The notes beneath the pieces were generated by a model. It had not been told where the DNA came from. It searched no databases and saw only the letters and a list, made by a program, of their open reading frames with translations. A stretch of DNA of 64,000 nt from the human T2T-CHM13v2.0 reference genome, Homo sapiens. Made by a program: the position numbers and the translations under genes. The stretch lies in assembly GCF_009914755.1 (NCBI RefSeq), contig NC_060929.1; one strand, 5' to 3'. This document shows positions 27,292 to 42,675 of the stretch, piece after piece (position 1 is the stretch's first letter; each line of letters begins with the position of its first letter).

Positions 27292-30200
27292 GTATTTATG
27301 TGTATAGAGTTGCTTCATTTCCTGTTCACACTCTTGTGTTTCCTTTGTTCTTAGCGTGTTCCGTGTTCGGGTATTTTGGTTGCTTGTTTGTTTGATTATT
27401 GTGGCTTTTCTTTACCTGCTACCCAAGCCTGACGTCCCTCGGTTTTAAATAGCAGGAGGAGGGGAATCAATGTTTGATTCAGGTGTTTCGAGGACCACGC
27501 CACAGGCAATGAGCAGAACTCTTCATGTTGAAACTGTTCTGCTACAGTACTAGATTGCTCTCAGGCGATTTGGGGTTGATACAGGCACGCCGGTGCAAAA
27601 CTGGAATACTGGATATGAAGTGAAATGTATAAAAGACATAAAATGTCACAAAATAGTTTGATCAGAAGTGTTGATTTTCCTGGTGAGTTGGGGCTGCGTG
27701 TTTCCATGTTTTCTGAAGGTTTACATAAACATGCAGCCTGCCAATTCTCTGTACATTTTTTTTTCAATGAGTGGTATTTCGGTTTTCACGTATAGAAATT
27801 GGAGACTTATATGTAGCTGGAGTGGATGACTTCTTTCTTTTGGGGGAAGAATGAGAGATGCACATTTCGTTAGTAAATTGTGAACAACTTGAAACAAACC
27901 CAAATCCAATTTTGAATTTAGGAAGTAGAGTTAAAATGAAAGGTAGCCATTCAAATACTATGCCTTGCTACCTTCACTTGTTGAGTTAGGATTTTCTTCC
28001 TTTTAGCCCTTTAGGGACACAGTAGTTTAAAAGAGCAGTAGCCACATATGAGAAGTACCAGATTTAGCTTAGAGGGAATTCCTTAGACCAGCCCTGCTGT
28101 TAGGACTTGACATTCAATATTGTTTGATCACATTCCAAAATATATCTTAGCTAATGGAAACATTTATAAACATATAAATTGCAAAAGAAGCTTTCTTGTG
28201 TACATACATTTTTAAAAGCTTGAAATTGATGTGAACTTTTAAAAACACGTAGGATCTGTATTACATTATACATCTCAAAACATTTAAAGTGAATATCATT
28301 CCAGTATATGCAATATACCTAAGCCCCAGAATTAGCACATTGATTTACTAGTTGAAAATATAACAGTGAATCACCAAACTTAAGTGTATACTTTTTGGGA
28401 GAGAATGAAATTACAGTATTTCTTAATTTACTGTAATGTCATCTTTGTAATTATGAATTAATAATTCAATGAGAGGAGACTTGGTTGATTAAATTAACGC
28501 TGGTCCTACACATTATATCTAAAGGATCTTCGTATATGACTAATATCCTCTTGGATTATTTTAACAGTTAAAATATACAAAGTGGCCCATTAAAAACAGA
28601 GTTGACTTTTCACTATTGCTGTTTTTCTGGTGAGACATGTGGACAGGAAGGACAGGTGGGCTTTTCAAGTAACTAGCTTTCTGATTTTTAATAAGATACC
28701 TCAGTTCTTTTGGCCTCAGTTTACTTATCTGTACAATCAAAGGGTAAATCATATGCTTAATCACTAAGATCTGTTAGATACTGCAGTTAAGATTCTTTAT
28801 CAGCAAATTATTGGACTCTAGTGTTAACATAGCTAGAGGTGGAAAAGGGAGCAAGGCCAGGTGTTGGGATGAATAATTAAGCGAGATAACATCAGTTTTC
28901 ACCATAGGAAGAAGTACCATGGTTGCTCTTAAAGTAAGAGATGTTTCCTATTTTATGTAATTTTATTAAAGGATAGTGTTTTCTTTTGTCACTGATTTAA
29001 ATGTACCTGGCTGTTTCTCAGCCATTTGGCTAAGATCGAGCACAAGTGTACCTGAGCCTTTTATATCTAATCTAATGTAGACCAGCCTGTTAAAAGAGAA
29101 AGACAATTGGTTAAACTGCTGATGTGTTGCTTTGTCTTCTCAAAAGCTTGTTCTAAAATACAATATGTAAAAAGTTGTTACAGTGTAGTAACCGTAGATA
29201 ATCCCTTTATGATTTGTACCTAATGGCGAATACCTTTTATTTTCTGAAAATAACGTATTTGTTTTCATTACCGACATTATAAACCAATATTTATTAATCT
29301 ATTTCTTATCCTGACATTTCAGTCAGACTCTTAAAATAATCTTGCTGTGTTTTGATTTAATGTGCTTATCAACTTGTAATATTGAATTAATAGTATCATT
29401 TTAGGTGAACTAGACTTTATTGAAGGAGGTGGGAGCCTTATGGAGAGAGAGTATATGATTATCTCTATTTGTATTTAACTACCATTTCATCTAACCATTA
29501 AGAACATATTTCAAGAATAATTTTAATTCAAGTTGTAGATAAAACTTACTATACCGTTTTCTTTTTGATGCTTTCCAAGAATGAGATACATGGTATTTTA
29601 AAGACAAAGATTGATCTTACATGTTACTATTAAAAAATAATAATAATTTTGTTCTACATTTATACTTTTAATTTTTCTGTGGATAATAAGAAATGCCAAG
29701 AGGCGATTGTGTCCATGCTGGCAAGTGGCCTAATAAATTGTCCTTTTATTTGGTGGTCCTCAGAGTGGCAGTTAACATCTTGCTATTCTGCCTTGTGGAC
29801 TTGAGGTGGAAAGGTTCATGGAATTATATCCTTGCTTTTGGATGTGCAAACTGAGGCTCAGAGAGTTTAAGACACATAGTCACTTTCATCAATTAAATGT
29901 TGAAGCTGCCATGTAAACCTGTTCCATCACACTCCTGAGACCTCCTTCTTCTCCATTAGTGTTTTCAAGCTTTTTGAGCATGCAGACACTTTACCATCAA
30001 AAAATTATGTAGAGACATAATTGAGAGTTACAGTTTAAAGAAAAACAAGGTGTAATTATTTGGTTATAAGTAGCATTTACATATGCTTGAAAACTTGTGC
30101 TATATATACGGTAAGATTAATTTATTCTAGCAATGATCTTGATAATCCCCCTGATTCCCAGACTCCTTGGAATAGCTCCACAGCTATCAGTGGTTCTGCC

Positions 30201-31189
30201 ACAGGTTCAGAGCCTTCCCAGTACTGCCTTCTTATTTGAGAGGTGTGCTAAGAACTATAAAGCAGAGGCTTCAATTGTACACAATTTGGAAGTTTAGGCA
30301 AAAGTCATTTCTTCCCTATACTTTGTCATACTTATCTTCTGTCTCTTTCTGTTTTACTGATTAGCAATAAACTCCTTAAAACCCAAAGGTTTGGGCTTCT
30401 GTTCCTTTCACTTGCAGTCAGACATGGAGTTAGTGGTAGAAGGAACAGAAGGGGTAACCTGCATGGTGACAGCTACTGAGGGGATGGATAGGAAAGCAGG
30501 CTGAGTCCCTGGGGCCAGTGGTTACCAAAGCCAAGGAGAGAGCAAGTGGAGCCCAGTGGGCCTGGCCATGGACTGCTCTGGAATTCCGAGTGTGAACTTT
30601 CAGCCAGGAATGTATTGTGAAAATATTACTCTGAGGTTTTAAAAGTACACAAATAAGAATTGTGTTTTGTAAAAAAAAAAATAAAAAAAAAGTTAGAAGA
30701 AGAAATACGCCAAAAAGAAGAAAGTAAAAAATACATGACTTCTGTCTTCTGTTAACATATTAAAATTTATTCTTTTAGATTTTTATGTGTCTATATACAT
30801 ATAAAATATATATGCATCCCCAAATTGTATTAATACTCTTTTGAGACCTCACATTTTTTTCACCCAAGAATATAACATTAATTTCTTTCCTTTAGAAAAG
30901 ACATGAGACTAAAGAATGTTTATTAAGTTGAGAGTTTCCCAATTAAGGAGTATGACTCTGTATAATAATAAAGCTAATGTTTTATTAGAAATTATAATAA
31001 AATTAGAAATTTAATATTTGGCAGGATGTGTGTTGCCTGCATATGTACACCCTTTATTATATGACTGGACACTCTTTTGTGTGGTCATGGATATATTGGC
31101 ATCTTTTGAAGTGTATCCTTTTTGTTTCAGGAGCTTCCGTCTAGATAAATAGCACACGTGACACTAATAATAGTAATGGAATATTCCTT

Positions 31190-31555
31190 AAAGCACAGGC
31201 TCCTTCCTCTTTCTCCTGAGCCTTTGCACATGCTGCCTGGAAAACTCACCCACAACCTGCTTTCCATCCTCTCCTTTGGCTCATCCCTGCTCAGCCCTCT
31301 TTGTTAAGATATTTGCTAAGCCAGATTCTCTGAGAAGCCTTTCCTGGCATCTTCGTCTGTATGATTCTGCTAGGTGTTTCTAAAACCATGTCGTTACAGT
31401 ATATTGTAATCGCCCATTTATGTCTGTTTGACTGTGAGCCTCTTGGAGATGGGAATTCTCTCCTATGCGTTGCAGTTTCCCCAGCCCCTAGCACACTGTC
31501 TAGCCCAGTATTCTTCTAAGTAAGTAGGTGTTGAATGACTTACAAAATGAATGCT
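31190..31555 (+). mobile_element. L2 3' end
   Basis: gcctttgcacatgctgcctggaa...gactgtgagc...ccccagcccctagcaca...gttgaatga. Confidence 0.75.
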
Positions 31556-31709
31556 AAAAGACCTGGCAGACAAGAAGGAATTTCCTGGCCTAAATGACCA
31601 GATGTGGAGAAGATACTCAGACACTTCAGGGTCCCCAATCTGGTGATGTCACTTGCAGTGGAATTTCATACGAATCCAGTGTGACAGAAGTTGCCTAGTC
31701 AAGTTATAA

Positions 31710-31918
31710 GTCCACTTCTCTGGGTCACATGTGCAAATACTTTTAGGGGACAGATAATGCAATATTTAAGATACTAGGGCGTGATGAGGACTGTGACACA
31801 GTGGAGAGTTTGGACTCCAAGGGTAATTAATTCAGTTGAAAAAATCAACAGCACTCTGTTGATCAAGCAAACTTTCTAGGGGCCCTAATCCACCTGGGCC
31901 CGCAGTGTGTAATTCCAT
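31710..31918 (-). mobile_element. MER102-like hAT-Charlie fragment
   Basis: gaggactgtgacacagtggagag and gggccctaatccacctgggcccgcagtgtg. Confidence 0.45.
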
Positions 31919-34368
31919 AACTCATGGGATGCCATCAGGAGAGACAATCTACTTGATTGCTAAAGGGCCTTTGTTTTCTTTGGAGTTCCCCAGAAAGGAG
32001 AAGTGTATGTGTGTGCAGGGGTGAGGAGGGGGAGGGTGAAGAAGCAATGCTATCCCCTTAAAAAGGTTTGTCAATTTTCATTATGAAAGATCAGACGTGC
32101 CCACTCCAGAAATCTTGGCATATACAGTTACTTTGAAGCCATTCAGTGTTCTTCAAGATGTCACAATGAAAACAGTGATGATTTTTTAAATAAAAAATTA
32201 ACATATTTCTCTTGGCAATGGGACTTTCTCACCATACTTTTATGTTATATCACTTATTATATATTCAAAATATTGATTTTTTAAAAGTGTGTTCCTTGGA
32301 GTCCTGGGAACCTGCCTCAGGAGCTGGGGTGGCTGTGGGGAGGGAGTGTGAAGGGAGCTGAATGAGTTAGTGAGAATCTGGGTCTTCATATCTTTTTTAA
32401 AATTGCAGCTGCTTTTTTCTGTTCTGTATAACAACTCTTTTTGAAAACAGTTTCATTGTTGAGTTTTAAAACCACTGACCTAAAATAACCACCAATTTAA
32501 CATAAGTATAACTTTATTGAGTTTTTTTGTATTAAAATTTAAACTCCATTTTCTTCATGGATTAAGGTGATCCTATAGTGATATTTATTAAGCATCGTCT
32601 CTGCTGTTCTCTTTGCTTGCCTTGCTTTATCCCGTGTTTCCAAAAAACACAAATAAGTATTTTGTCAGCTGTTTTACGTTTTATAGCAGGAAAAACAGAG
32701 GCTTGGGTGATTTAAGTAAGTTACAGTTAGTAAGAGCCATAGGATACATTTCAGTGTAAGTCAATGTTTATGTAAGACTTAAGGGACATTGGTTGAATTG
32801 GCATGGCTAGAATAGTTGGGAATGTTTGGGAATGGGGAGAGATTGCTAATGGGATGTCTGCCAGGGGCAATACTGAAAATCTGCTGGTTGGCAAAGGTAG
32901 TGCCTGAGCCCAGTGCTAACCATAATAGTTGGAAAATTATGTACGTTGGCTGTGGAATCCTTATGCAAACATTTGGCAAATCCATGTAAATTTCCCATCA
33001 TTTCTCTCTGCAGCATTTTTAAAAAGACATATAGCTGAAATTTTATCAATCCTAAAAATATTTTGTAATTATCTGCCCAGATTTGCATTTGGGTAGATTG
33101 TGCTGTAGAAGATATATCTTGCTTTAAGATAGCTGCCACTGATTATTTTAGTCTATTTTAATCAACTTATTGCCTTGTAATCTTTCCTTTTTCATTCTCT
33201 AAATTTCTGAAATTCCATCTTTCGTGTTCCCCAGGAAAGACTAGTAAGATGTGTTTTTATTAACAAGACTTACTATCCTCATTTCACCATGACATAAGTT
33301 GGGCTTTCTGTTCCAATTTATCCTACTTGAATGGTGGACACTTCCACCTGAGTATTTGTCATTTTCACCTCAACCCCAGCACATTAAAACAATCCCTTCT
33401 TAGCTCTTTAAAAGAAGCTTCTGTCTCCAGCCTTTTCCTAGTCAGTATCACATCTTTTGAGCCCGGTATGGGGATTACAGTTTCAGATTTCACCTCAAGT
33501 CTTCCTCTTCTGGTTCCTGAAGCTCTGCCAACCTCTACTTTGAAACACTGTTGGCCTCTTCATCCCATCCCATGTCAACATTTAGCCCATGCCCTGTTGG
33601 CTTTGACTTAGATCAATCGCCTTAACCTAGTGTCTTAAAATTCTTGATTTTGAGTTTCTTATCCATCCAGTTTATTTACACCTGAACTCTTTAAGCATGA
33701 AATTAATCATTCATCTGTTCAGAAGCCTTCAAATGTGACCACAGCTTTTTCCATATAGACCTGAAACTTAACATTCTTGGCCTTTGAGAGCTGCCTTCCC
33801 TATCCACTGATACATGTTTCTCATGCGTCCTAACATCTACATGCTTCTGTTTGCTTAGTGACCACCCCCCGCCCACTCATCAACAGTTTGTATTAATTTA
33901 GTGTAAAGCTGTGTAAAGTTTATTGATTGATAACATCTGTGTCAAGATCATGGTTTTTATCACAAAGAGCAGTTCATTGTATTTTTTCCTTGCCCACGAA
34001 TGACATCTCTGTTCATTAGAATACATAACGTTTTACGCATAGGAGGATAGAGTGAGAATATGAGTAGAACAAAGTAAGAATAAGAGGAGAGGATAGTGAA
34101 ATTTGAGGATAGGATGAGAATGTAAATAGATTTATGTCCATCCATTACAAGATTAATAACCACAATGACAAAAGTCTTGAATGTTATTTATTTGCATATG
34201 AGTGATATTTCAGTTTGTGGCTGATACCCTCTTGGTATTAAATGGAAGATGACAAATCATTCAATATTAATTTTAGAGGGAGACATCTATTGAAACCTTT
34301 GTGCAGTCAGGTCAAGTTTCTGTGTACAAAAATTAGCAGAGAGGTTGCTGCTGGTTGACTTCCCCTAG

Positions 34369-34777
<409 letters not shown>

Positions 34778-37700
34778 TGTTTTATTGTTTAAAAAACAAG
34801 TACAGGTTGTTATTATCCAAGAATTGTTGATAGAATATATACTGTATTTGAAGTGTAGAACCAAGGCAGAGGCTGATTAATATAATTAGTTTACATTTGT
34901 TAGCCTTTCACATCTGTGAAGGAATAAAGTACAGACAAAAGTGGAAAACAAACCAGGAAAAAAAAATTGTTAAGCACAGAGCTGCTTAAAAGAGTGATGT
35001 CACATTAAAAAAAAAGTCGCAGAAATAAGTCAGTATTTTGTTTAGAGACTAGAACTCCAACTCCTAGCCAACTGCCTAGAATATAGTAAATATTTCTAGT
35101 TTCTTAAATGACTAGTAATATTCCTACATTATGTGATGGCATTTCCCAAACTGTTTAATTAGATATTAGATTTGTAGCCAAATATGTCTAGGAAATGCTT
35201 AAACAATATAAAACAGTTTTAATGATTGGCTTTTTAGAACGTTATATATTAGTGTGCTTTATGCATATCCAAGATGTGAGTGAAGTATTTGGGGTTTTTC
35301 AGACTTACTTGATTACAGATCTGGAGTATCTCAAAACAGTTGTTTTGCGGAAAACACTTTGGCAAACTCTGAGTCTTATTCATTAAAAATAGTTTTTGGG
35401 TAAACAACAGTGTAATAGAAATGGAAATTACTGATTCATATTGAGCCGGGAAGAATTTATTTTCAGCAATTTTTATAGAAGTTGCTTTATGACAAAGAAA
35501 GCTTTGGTTAACTGGCATTTGGCATTTCATGCCCCTAACTTTTCTACATGAGGGTGTATTTCTCTGGTTCTCTCACTCTCTCACTAGTTATACTGAATTC
35601 ATTTATGTTAAGGGCTCTCAACCTTTCTTATTCATCAAAGCCCTGAAGTTGGCAGAGCCCTCTCTGGTACCTGATTAGAAGTCCGTCTTCCGTCTCATAG
35701 GGAAGTGTTAGAGATGGATAATGATTCTGTGTAGCAGAAGTACTCATTATGTCCTCTTAAATTCGGTCACTTTGACTGCAGTAGAGCTTCTTAGTGAGCA
35801 GTCTATGTTGGAGTGTACTTTCAGAGAAGCTCGTGGTGGGGGAAATCTGGAATTTGTCTAAATATTTCATTTCTTTGATAAATTACATTAAAAAATCAAT
35901 GAGAGTATCTATTTGGTGAAATCATTTTCCTCCATGTGACCAAATGAGAAATTTAGTGAAAGATTTAAAATCATTTCTCAGACTTTTTCCACATTAGTCG
36001 GGAAGCAAACCCCTTTTTTAAGGCAATGTCAGTTATTAAGCTTTAGGGAACCACATGCCACTTTAGGTAACAGATGATTGGAGAGATTGAAGAGTGAAGT
36101 CCCTGCTTTAAAGTGTACTCCTGTGGACACAGTAATACATATACTTAAAATGGTTCATGTTAAGAGTAGGTATATTTCTATCTAAATACTCTGTAGCTTT
36201 TGTGATTCAGGAAAACGAGTGGAGCCTCACAGGCACAAGAATCTAGTAAATTCTAGGTTTCTTGTGTGGAAATCAGTGTGCAAAATCTTAACGGAGTGAA
36301 TTCTTGATTGTTGATATCACATTTGTTAGTCTGTATGTATCTGTGTCATTGATCTCCTTAAGAAGAGACTCGTAGATATTGACTGGGAGACCTAAGCTGA
36401 ATGCTAAAATCTGCTCCATGGATATAAGCTGATGCAGTCATCATTTCTCATTAAAATGCATCACAGCTAGATATGCAGCAAAAAAAAAAAAAAAAAGTTA
36501 GTCCCTCCAGCTGAAAAGCGGTCATTACTTTATTATCACCACAGAATTTGAAATGATTTCTGTAGTTAACAGTCAGATTTTATTTTTAGTTAACTAAGAC
36601 AAAGTTTGAATAATTCACTGTGAGACAAATTCTTTCTTGATTTTTCTTTTTGGAGCAGTCCATCGTTATGGGAAAACCAGCCTAGAATGGTGATTTCAGT
36701 TTCAGTTAGGTGATTTCAATGAGAATTGTATTTGGCTCAGAAATGATGAGACTGGGGCCAAGAAAAATTTTAAACTTATTTTTTTTGTAATCATATTGCT
36801 AGTTTGATTTCATATGAACTTCCTTTGTTGACTTTCTGTGCCATTAATTTAAAATTTCCAGTATCCTCAATATTTGATGTCTTACATGTACAGAATCCTT
36901 TCCAGCTGTAAGTCGTCAGCAAGTAAAAAATTTAGTATGGCGATAGTTTTCATAAGAGGTTTTTTAAAACAGAAAAATGTTGACATTGCCAGCCTCTGGG
37001 TTGCATTTAGGGATATGCTACATTTCAAAGGTATCTTTCTGAAGGCAAAGACTTTTTCAACATCTGAATATTCTGATTTACAGAAATTAAAAAAAAAAAA
37101 CCCTGTACATTATACAGGCATATACATTTGAATCAGGAAAATATAAAATTAGCTGATTATTTTTATTCAGTAAAAGTGCCTTGGCACAGAACTAAAATTG
37201 ATAACTTATGGTTTTAGAATGTAGATAAGTACATGAGAGTAAATCACATTTTTATATGAATAAAAATATCAACTTTATTCATATATAGATTATAAAACTA
37301 TACTAAACAAAAAGTAATTATTTACTATTACAAAAATTATTAAGAACCATTACAAAAATTCTCTGCCTACTAATTTTCAATCACCATAGAAATACAATAT
37401 TTAATAATGCTGCTGCAGTACTTACATAAAACATATTAAGAATTGATGTTATATTTCTGTGTTTGAATATTGAGCTTAAACATAAAACATGTTTGAAATG
37501 TGTTTGTGTGTGTCTGTCACACACACATAACATGTACATACCTGAAACTCATACTACAATTGCAACACATCTTAAGCTTTTCCTTTTAAACATACCAAGA
37601 TAACATTCTAAAATGAAGGATATCTATGTCTCTCTTCATACTGTCTCTCTGTGATATACAATTGCTATAAATGTATCTTCATATTTGATATATATAGGTA

Positions 37701-37794
37701 CATATATATGGATAGATAAATATAGATATATGAGAGAGAAATGGAGATTAGAGATCTATGTTTGCGATAAATCACGCTTGTTAACATAAACTAT

Positions 37795-37984
37795 CGGATT
37801 AAACTGATATTTTGTGGCCCAAGACCTGAGACATGCAAAACTACTCTTACCAGATAGAATTTTCTAAAAGCTGAGAGCTCATTCTCCAGGAGCTGGCCAA
37901 GGACCAGTCCTAAAGGCAGACCTTTCTTGGAAATGTACAGAGTCTGAGCAAACAAGGCCTGCTGAGTTAACCCTTTCCTATACA
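37795..37984 (-). mobile_element. MER77/MER21-family LTR 5' fragment
   Basis: Reverse strand reads tgtataggaaagggttaactcagcaggcc...aggactggtccttggccagctcctgga. Confidence 0.7.
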
Positions 37985-38225
37985 TATGCAGACAGTGTTC
38001 AGCACAGGGCCTGACAGAAGTCAGTGTTTGTTATTACTATTCATAGCATTAGCCCAATTCTTGTTGTGAGCAACATGAACAAGGAGACTAAGGGGGAAAA
38101 AAATGCCCTTTTGTAGGGTGACCATCCTAACTGATTTGAAAGTCTACAATTTTTTCAGTTTAAAATGATATTTATTTGTAACATGTACTATTATTGAATA
38201 ACAATTTCTAATAAAAAACTACACT

Positions 38226-38301
38226 GGTTTTCTGCCTGTGGAGAAGCCACCTTTTTATTCCTTTACTTTCTTAATAAACTTGCTTTCACTTAAAAAAAAA
38301 A
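38226..38301 (+). mobile_element. Short MER41-like LTR fragment ending in poly(A)
   Basis: tctgcctgtggagaagccacctttttattcctttactttcttAATAAActtgctttcactt followed by A10. Confidence 0.7.
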
Positions 38302-41300
38302 TCTACCCTACATATACACAAAAGTTAAAAAGCAGCAATAGTGTACACTGATCAATATAAATGCATGCAGTTTTCTTTTCTTCAGTGTACAAAGTCCAAG
38401 TCTAAACCTTTATAATTTTTAGAGTCTAGCGATTCTCCAGACTCCATACTTTTCGTTATTATCAGATGCCAGCGTTAATGCTTTTCCTTTCTCCTGTTTT
38501 GGGTTCCTGATCTTCACCTGTGTCTTTAAAACAGATTATTTTCTTTAGATTTGAAAGGTTGGGTTTTTGTCTCCATTTCTTATTTGTTTAGCCTTGTATT
38601 TCCCTTTCTTTAGTTGAATTGTGTTATTGAAAATTAAATAATTTCTCTGTGAAGTCAAAAATCCTGTTTCAGGGTGGGCTCTAGAGCTTTTGTCTTGGGC
38701 CACCCTCCCATATCCTTAGAAAGCCTGTGTGTATTCTGATACATTTGGCAATTTCGACTGGCTTTTCTTGTATTGTCTGACCCCTTTTTATTTCAGTGGC
38801 GCATCCTGGTTTTACCCAACAGGCAAGTGGTGACTCCAATGCAGGTGATGCAGAGGTGACACTAGAATGAAGTGAAATATTCTGTTGAGGGCTAAGTTCA
38901 TGTTTCTGCTGACAGTGGCAGATAAATGTCATGGCTTCCCCCTGCATAGTGCTTAGGAAGTTTCTTTTGATATGTGTTTTAGAGAAAACATAAAACTTGT
39001 AATCAAGAAAATGCAACAACGGAAGAAATGCTTACTTGAGTAACTAATGTGAGTTAGGCAAAGAAGATACAAATACTTCCCATTTCCTGCTTCTAAATTA
39101 CGGTCAAATTGTCCTAAGGAAATGTCTCTTTGTCTCCATGTAAAACATATAGAGAAGCCGTTAGAAAAAGGTGGCTGGAACAACTTTATACATACAGCCT
39201 GAATGAACTGCCTCACGATTTATATGTTTGAGGAAAGTGTCTGTTTGATAATTTAAATTAAGTTTAAACTGTCATAAATGGAAAGCTGTACAGATTCTGT
39301 GGGAGAGGATACTGGAGTACCAGATACTCATTGCTAGGCTGTCCACTCTGCCTTCTTCAATACTCTGGATCGGTGCCCTTTATTCGTTTTTTTCACAACT
39401 TCCTCCCCTTTGCTCAGGGTCTTTACAAGCTTCCAGGATTTTTTTATTTTATTTTATTTTTTTCCACAATGACTCTCATGGCTGTTGCTATAGTTGCTAT
39501 AAAAGGCAAGGTGGGGAACAGACGGGTGAATGAGTACGGAGGTCATTTGTAAACCGTTTGTGGTTAGTGCTCCTCTGTTTACTGTCTATTTGTCTCTCTC
39601 AGTGTCTCTGGGTGTGTGTCTGTTTACAACATAAAATATATGCACACAAATCTCCAATTTTTCTAGAGTAACTGTTAACACAGTTAAAATCTGCAGGAAA
39701 TCTATCTTTTAAAGGAAATACCAATTAGCAAATAAAAGAGTTGATTCTCCCCAACTCTCATTCCCCAAAGTTTGCTTAAGTGTATGGTTCTCACACATTC
39801 CATAAATAAAAACATTGCTGGCTTGTAAGTATGCTTCACTTTCATAAGCCTTCCAAATGTTGGTAACTTAGCCTTCTCCTTTTTAAGGGTTAGTTTGTAA
39901 GTGATGCTGGAAGCCATGTGGTAAGAAAGAGGACAGAAGTATAAAATCAGACTCAAGTAAGAAAGTAAAATCTGGCATATTTGGCATAGATCCATTCAGC
40001 TTTGTATACTTTGTTAGGACCCAAGGGCATGCCTGATTTTCATAAAATCGATGCACTGTTATTAAAACAAACAGGTGAAAATCACTTTTGTTACCCTACT
40101 TGACAAGGCATCTGACTACCTTAAGTGTGTTAGAAATTTTGCAAGTGGTTAAGATTTTATGCTTATAAATTCAAAAGATAGACTTTAGTTATCTTAAAAA
40201 CTAATTTATGTAGATATTTTCCCTAGTAATATAGCACAAATGGGTTTTATTTCCAACTAAAAATAGTATTTATTACCATGGATATAACTAGAAGAATCAT
40301 ACAAATATATGTAATTCCATTAGAAAATATTTTTCTTAAAATTTTAAATGACAAGAACTTAATGAATCTTAAATATCTCTTGTTTTATGTTGAAAAATTG
40401 TTTTCATAAGATACAATTAAGCAATTGATATTTGTTCTCCCAGTATCTGAAGATTTTTTTGGCCTTGTTTTGTTTTTTGGATTTTTTGGCCCTAAAATTA
40501 GGTGAATTCAGCTTTGGGTCTATTTCATCCATTCTGGAAGGTTCCTTGGGTCACTGATCTGAGGCATTCTTGATGTGGTTAGGACTTCTAAGCATTATTT
40601 TTTTTTAGATCCTGTTTATTTAAAATGAAAAGGATTAGCATGAGGGATGGTAACATTCCTTTTTGATATCTGTAGCAGCAAGTTTTCTTATGATTCATTA
40701 TTATTCTTCTTACAGCTTTAAATCATCTAGGAACTTCATATAAAATGTAATTCCAGTTTCAACTAGTTGTGGAGCATTTGCTCCAAAATAAAATGAAAGT
40801 CCTCTCTGAAGTTGTAGAGGAGACTCAAGAATCAGAACAGGGTTTCTTCCAACCTGAAATTCTTTAAGCTGTGAGTTGAAGGACTAGGTAAAAAAGCAAA
40901 TATCATTTATTGTGATCATTAATGCACATGAGTCATTATTCCATGTGGTTGCTGTCAACTGGTCAGGGGCACTTCAAGCCCTCATCTCTACTTTGTCCTG
41001 TCTCCCTACACCCTGTTCTACTTTTTCAGCTTGTTGCTTGTAATATGTGAATGGAAATAAAATAATCAAGCTTGTTAGAATTGTGTTCATGATGACACAA
41101 AAGACCTGAGAGAACGTAGGAATGTATAGAACATCCAAAATAAGATATATTTTTGGTTGGTTTAAAACCTTTTTGTTTGTTTCGTTTTCTTATGTGCTTA
41201 ATGTGTAGTTACTATTATTTCATATCCTTTGACTTACAGGTTTGGCTACAATGCAGTGTAAATATTGCACATGGGACCATTTGTCATATTGGCAGATGGC

Positions 41301-42534
41301 AATACATAGATGGATAGAATTTTGCTGTTTGATCAAAGCTGTGCCATTGGAAACTTGTTTTCCCAAGTATGAGTACATTCTCCACTTTTCCTGAGTGGAG
41401 AAACCTAGATCTGAGCAAAAAGCGTGAATCAATACACCTTGGGAGGCAGGGTGTCGAATATTTGATGCCATTTCCTTTGCTTGTAAATTGTTCATTTCAT
41501 TTGACTATAAATAAAAAGGACTTCTACCAAGAACATGAAAGTAACATTTTGCCAAGCTAAATTTTAATGAATTCATTTGGACTTTTTTAAATCACTTAAT
41601 ATTTTCAGTTCATGTGCTAATATTAACTCTACTTACTGGAGAGAAAGAAATGGTATTCAATATGATAACTACCTTGTTACTGCAGAAATGTAGAAGTTTG
41701 ACATTTTAAGTATCAAATATTTTAAGTTAAAAAAAAATTACCAGTGTCCCACAGCACAGAGAGAGAATATATGCTTGCTTGTGTCCCTTTAATCTTTCCC
41801 CTGTAAAATTAAGCCTAGGGGCCTTACACTATTTTAAATTTTCAAAATTAGGTCATGTAAATGTTGTGTCAGATTTCCAATTCATAAGTAGTATCCTTAT
41901 GAGTACTGAATAGTGAAGATAGGGTACATTTATATCCTACTGATTGCTTAGTTGTGGACCAGAGGTGAGCAGAGAATGAATGGTATTTTCACAGGTTAGT
42001 AAACAGTTTTTCTATGATCTCTTATATACAAGTGTGATTAACGTTTTTTCCCCCCTTCCTGAACTAATATAGGAACATATGGTCTAATAAGCGTGAGTAC
42101 ATTTGGGAGGGCAGGATACAATGCTTGAAATTAGGACTGACCCAAAAAATGCCTTGGTCTCGGTATTTGTGGATTAGGAGGAGGAAGGGCTGAAAAGGAA
42201 CCTTAAAAGCATTAGAATGGTAGAGTACAGATTAGCAGCAACACTCAGGGCTCCATCATGAAGCGAGTGAGATGAGTTCCCATGGGTAATGCAGCAGGGG
42301 CTCTAATTGGAAGCCCTCTACCTAGGAAATGATTTAAATCCTTTTATCCTAGCTGGATTGTGAACATTTTATTTACTTTGAGGAAGTTGTTTAACCCTTT
42401 TTGTAGATTCCATCAATATTCAGAGTAATGTAAATACATTTTCCCTTTGGCTATTTGACAAGGACATTGAGGATTAATTAAATTTAAAAGAAAGTAGTGC
42501 AGTTAACTCCCAGGAGACAGGGAGATGTTTTTCT

Positions 42535-42675
42535 CATCATTCATTCCTTATTCATTCATTTTACAAATGTTTGTTGAATAGTAATTATAATGAAGACACT
42601 ATACCAGCTTCCTGAATTGGGAATACAAAGATGAAGGATGAGAGTGACTTCTGCCTTCATTATGTGTTCATATTT
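42535..42675 (-). mobile_element. L2 3' end
   Basis: cattcattc repeats, caaatgtttgttgaa, gggaatacaaagatgaa. Confidence 0.7.

Noticed and set aside
30380-30690. Segment ending in an A-rich run, resembling a processed pseudogene
   Set aside because: No canonical AATAAA at the right distance, no TSD found and no recognisable parent
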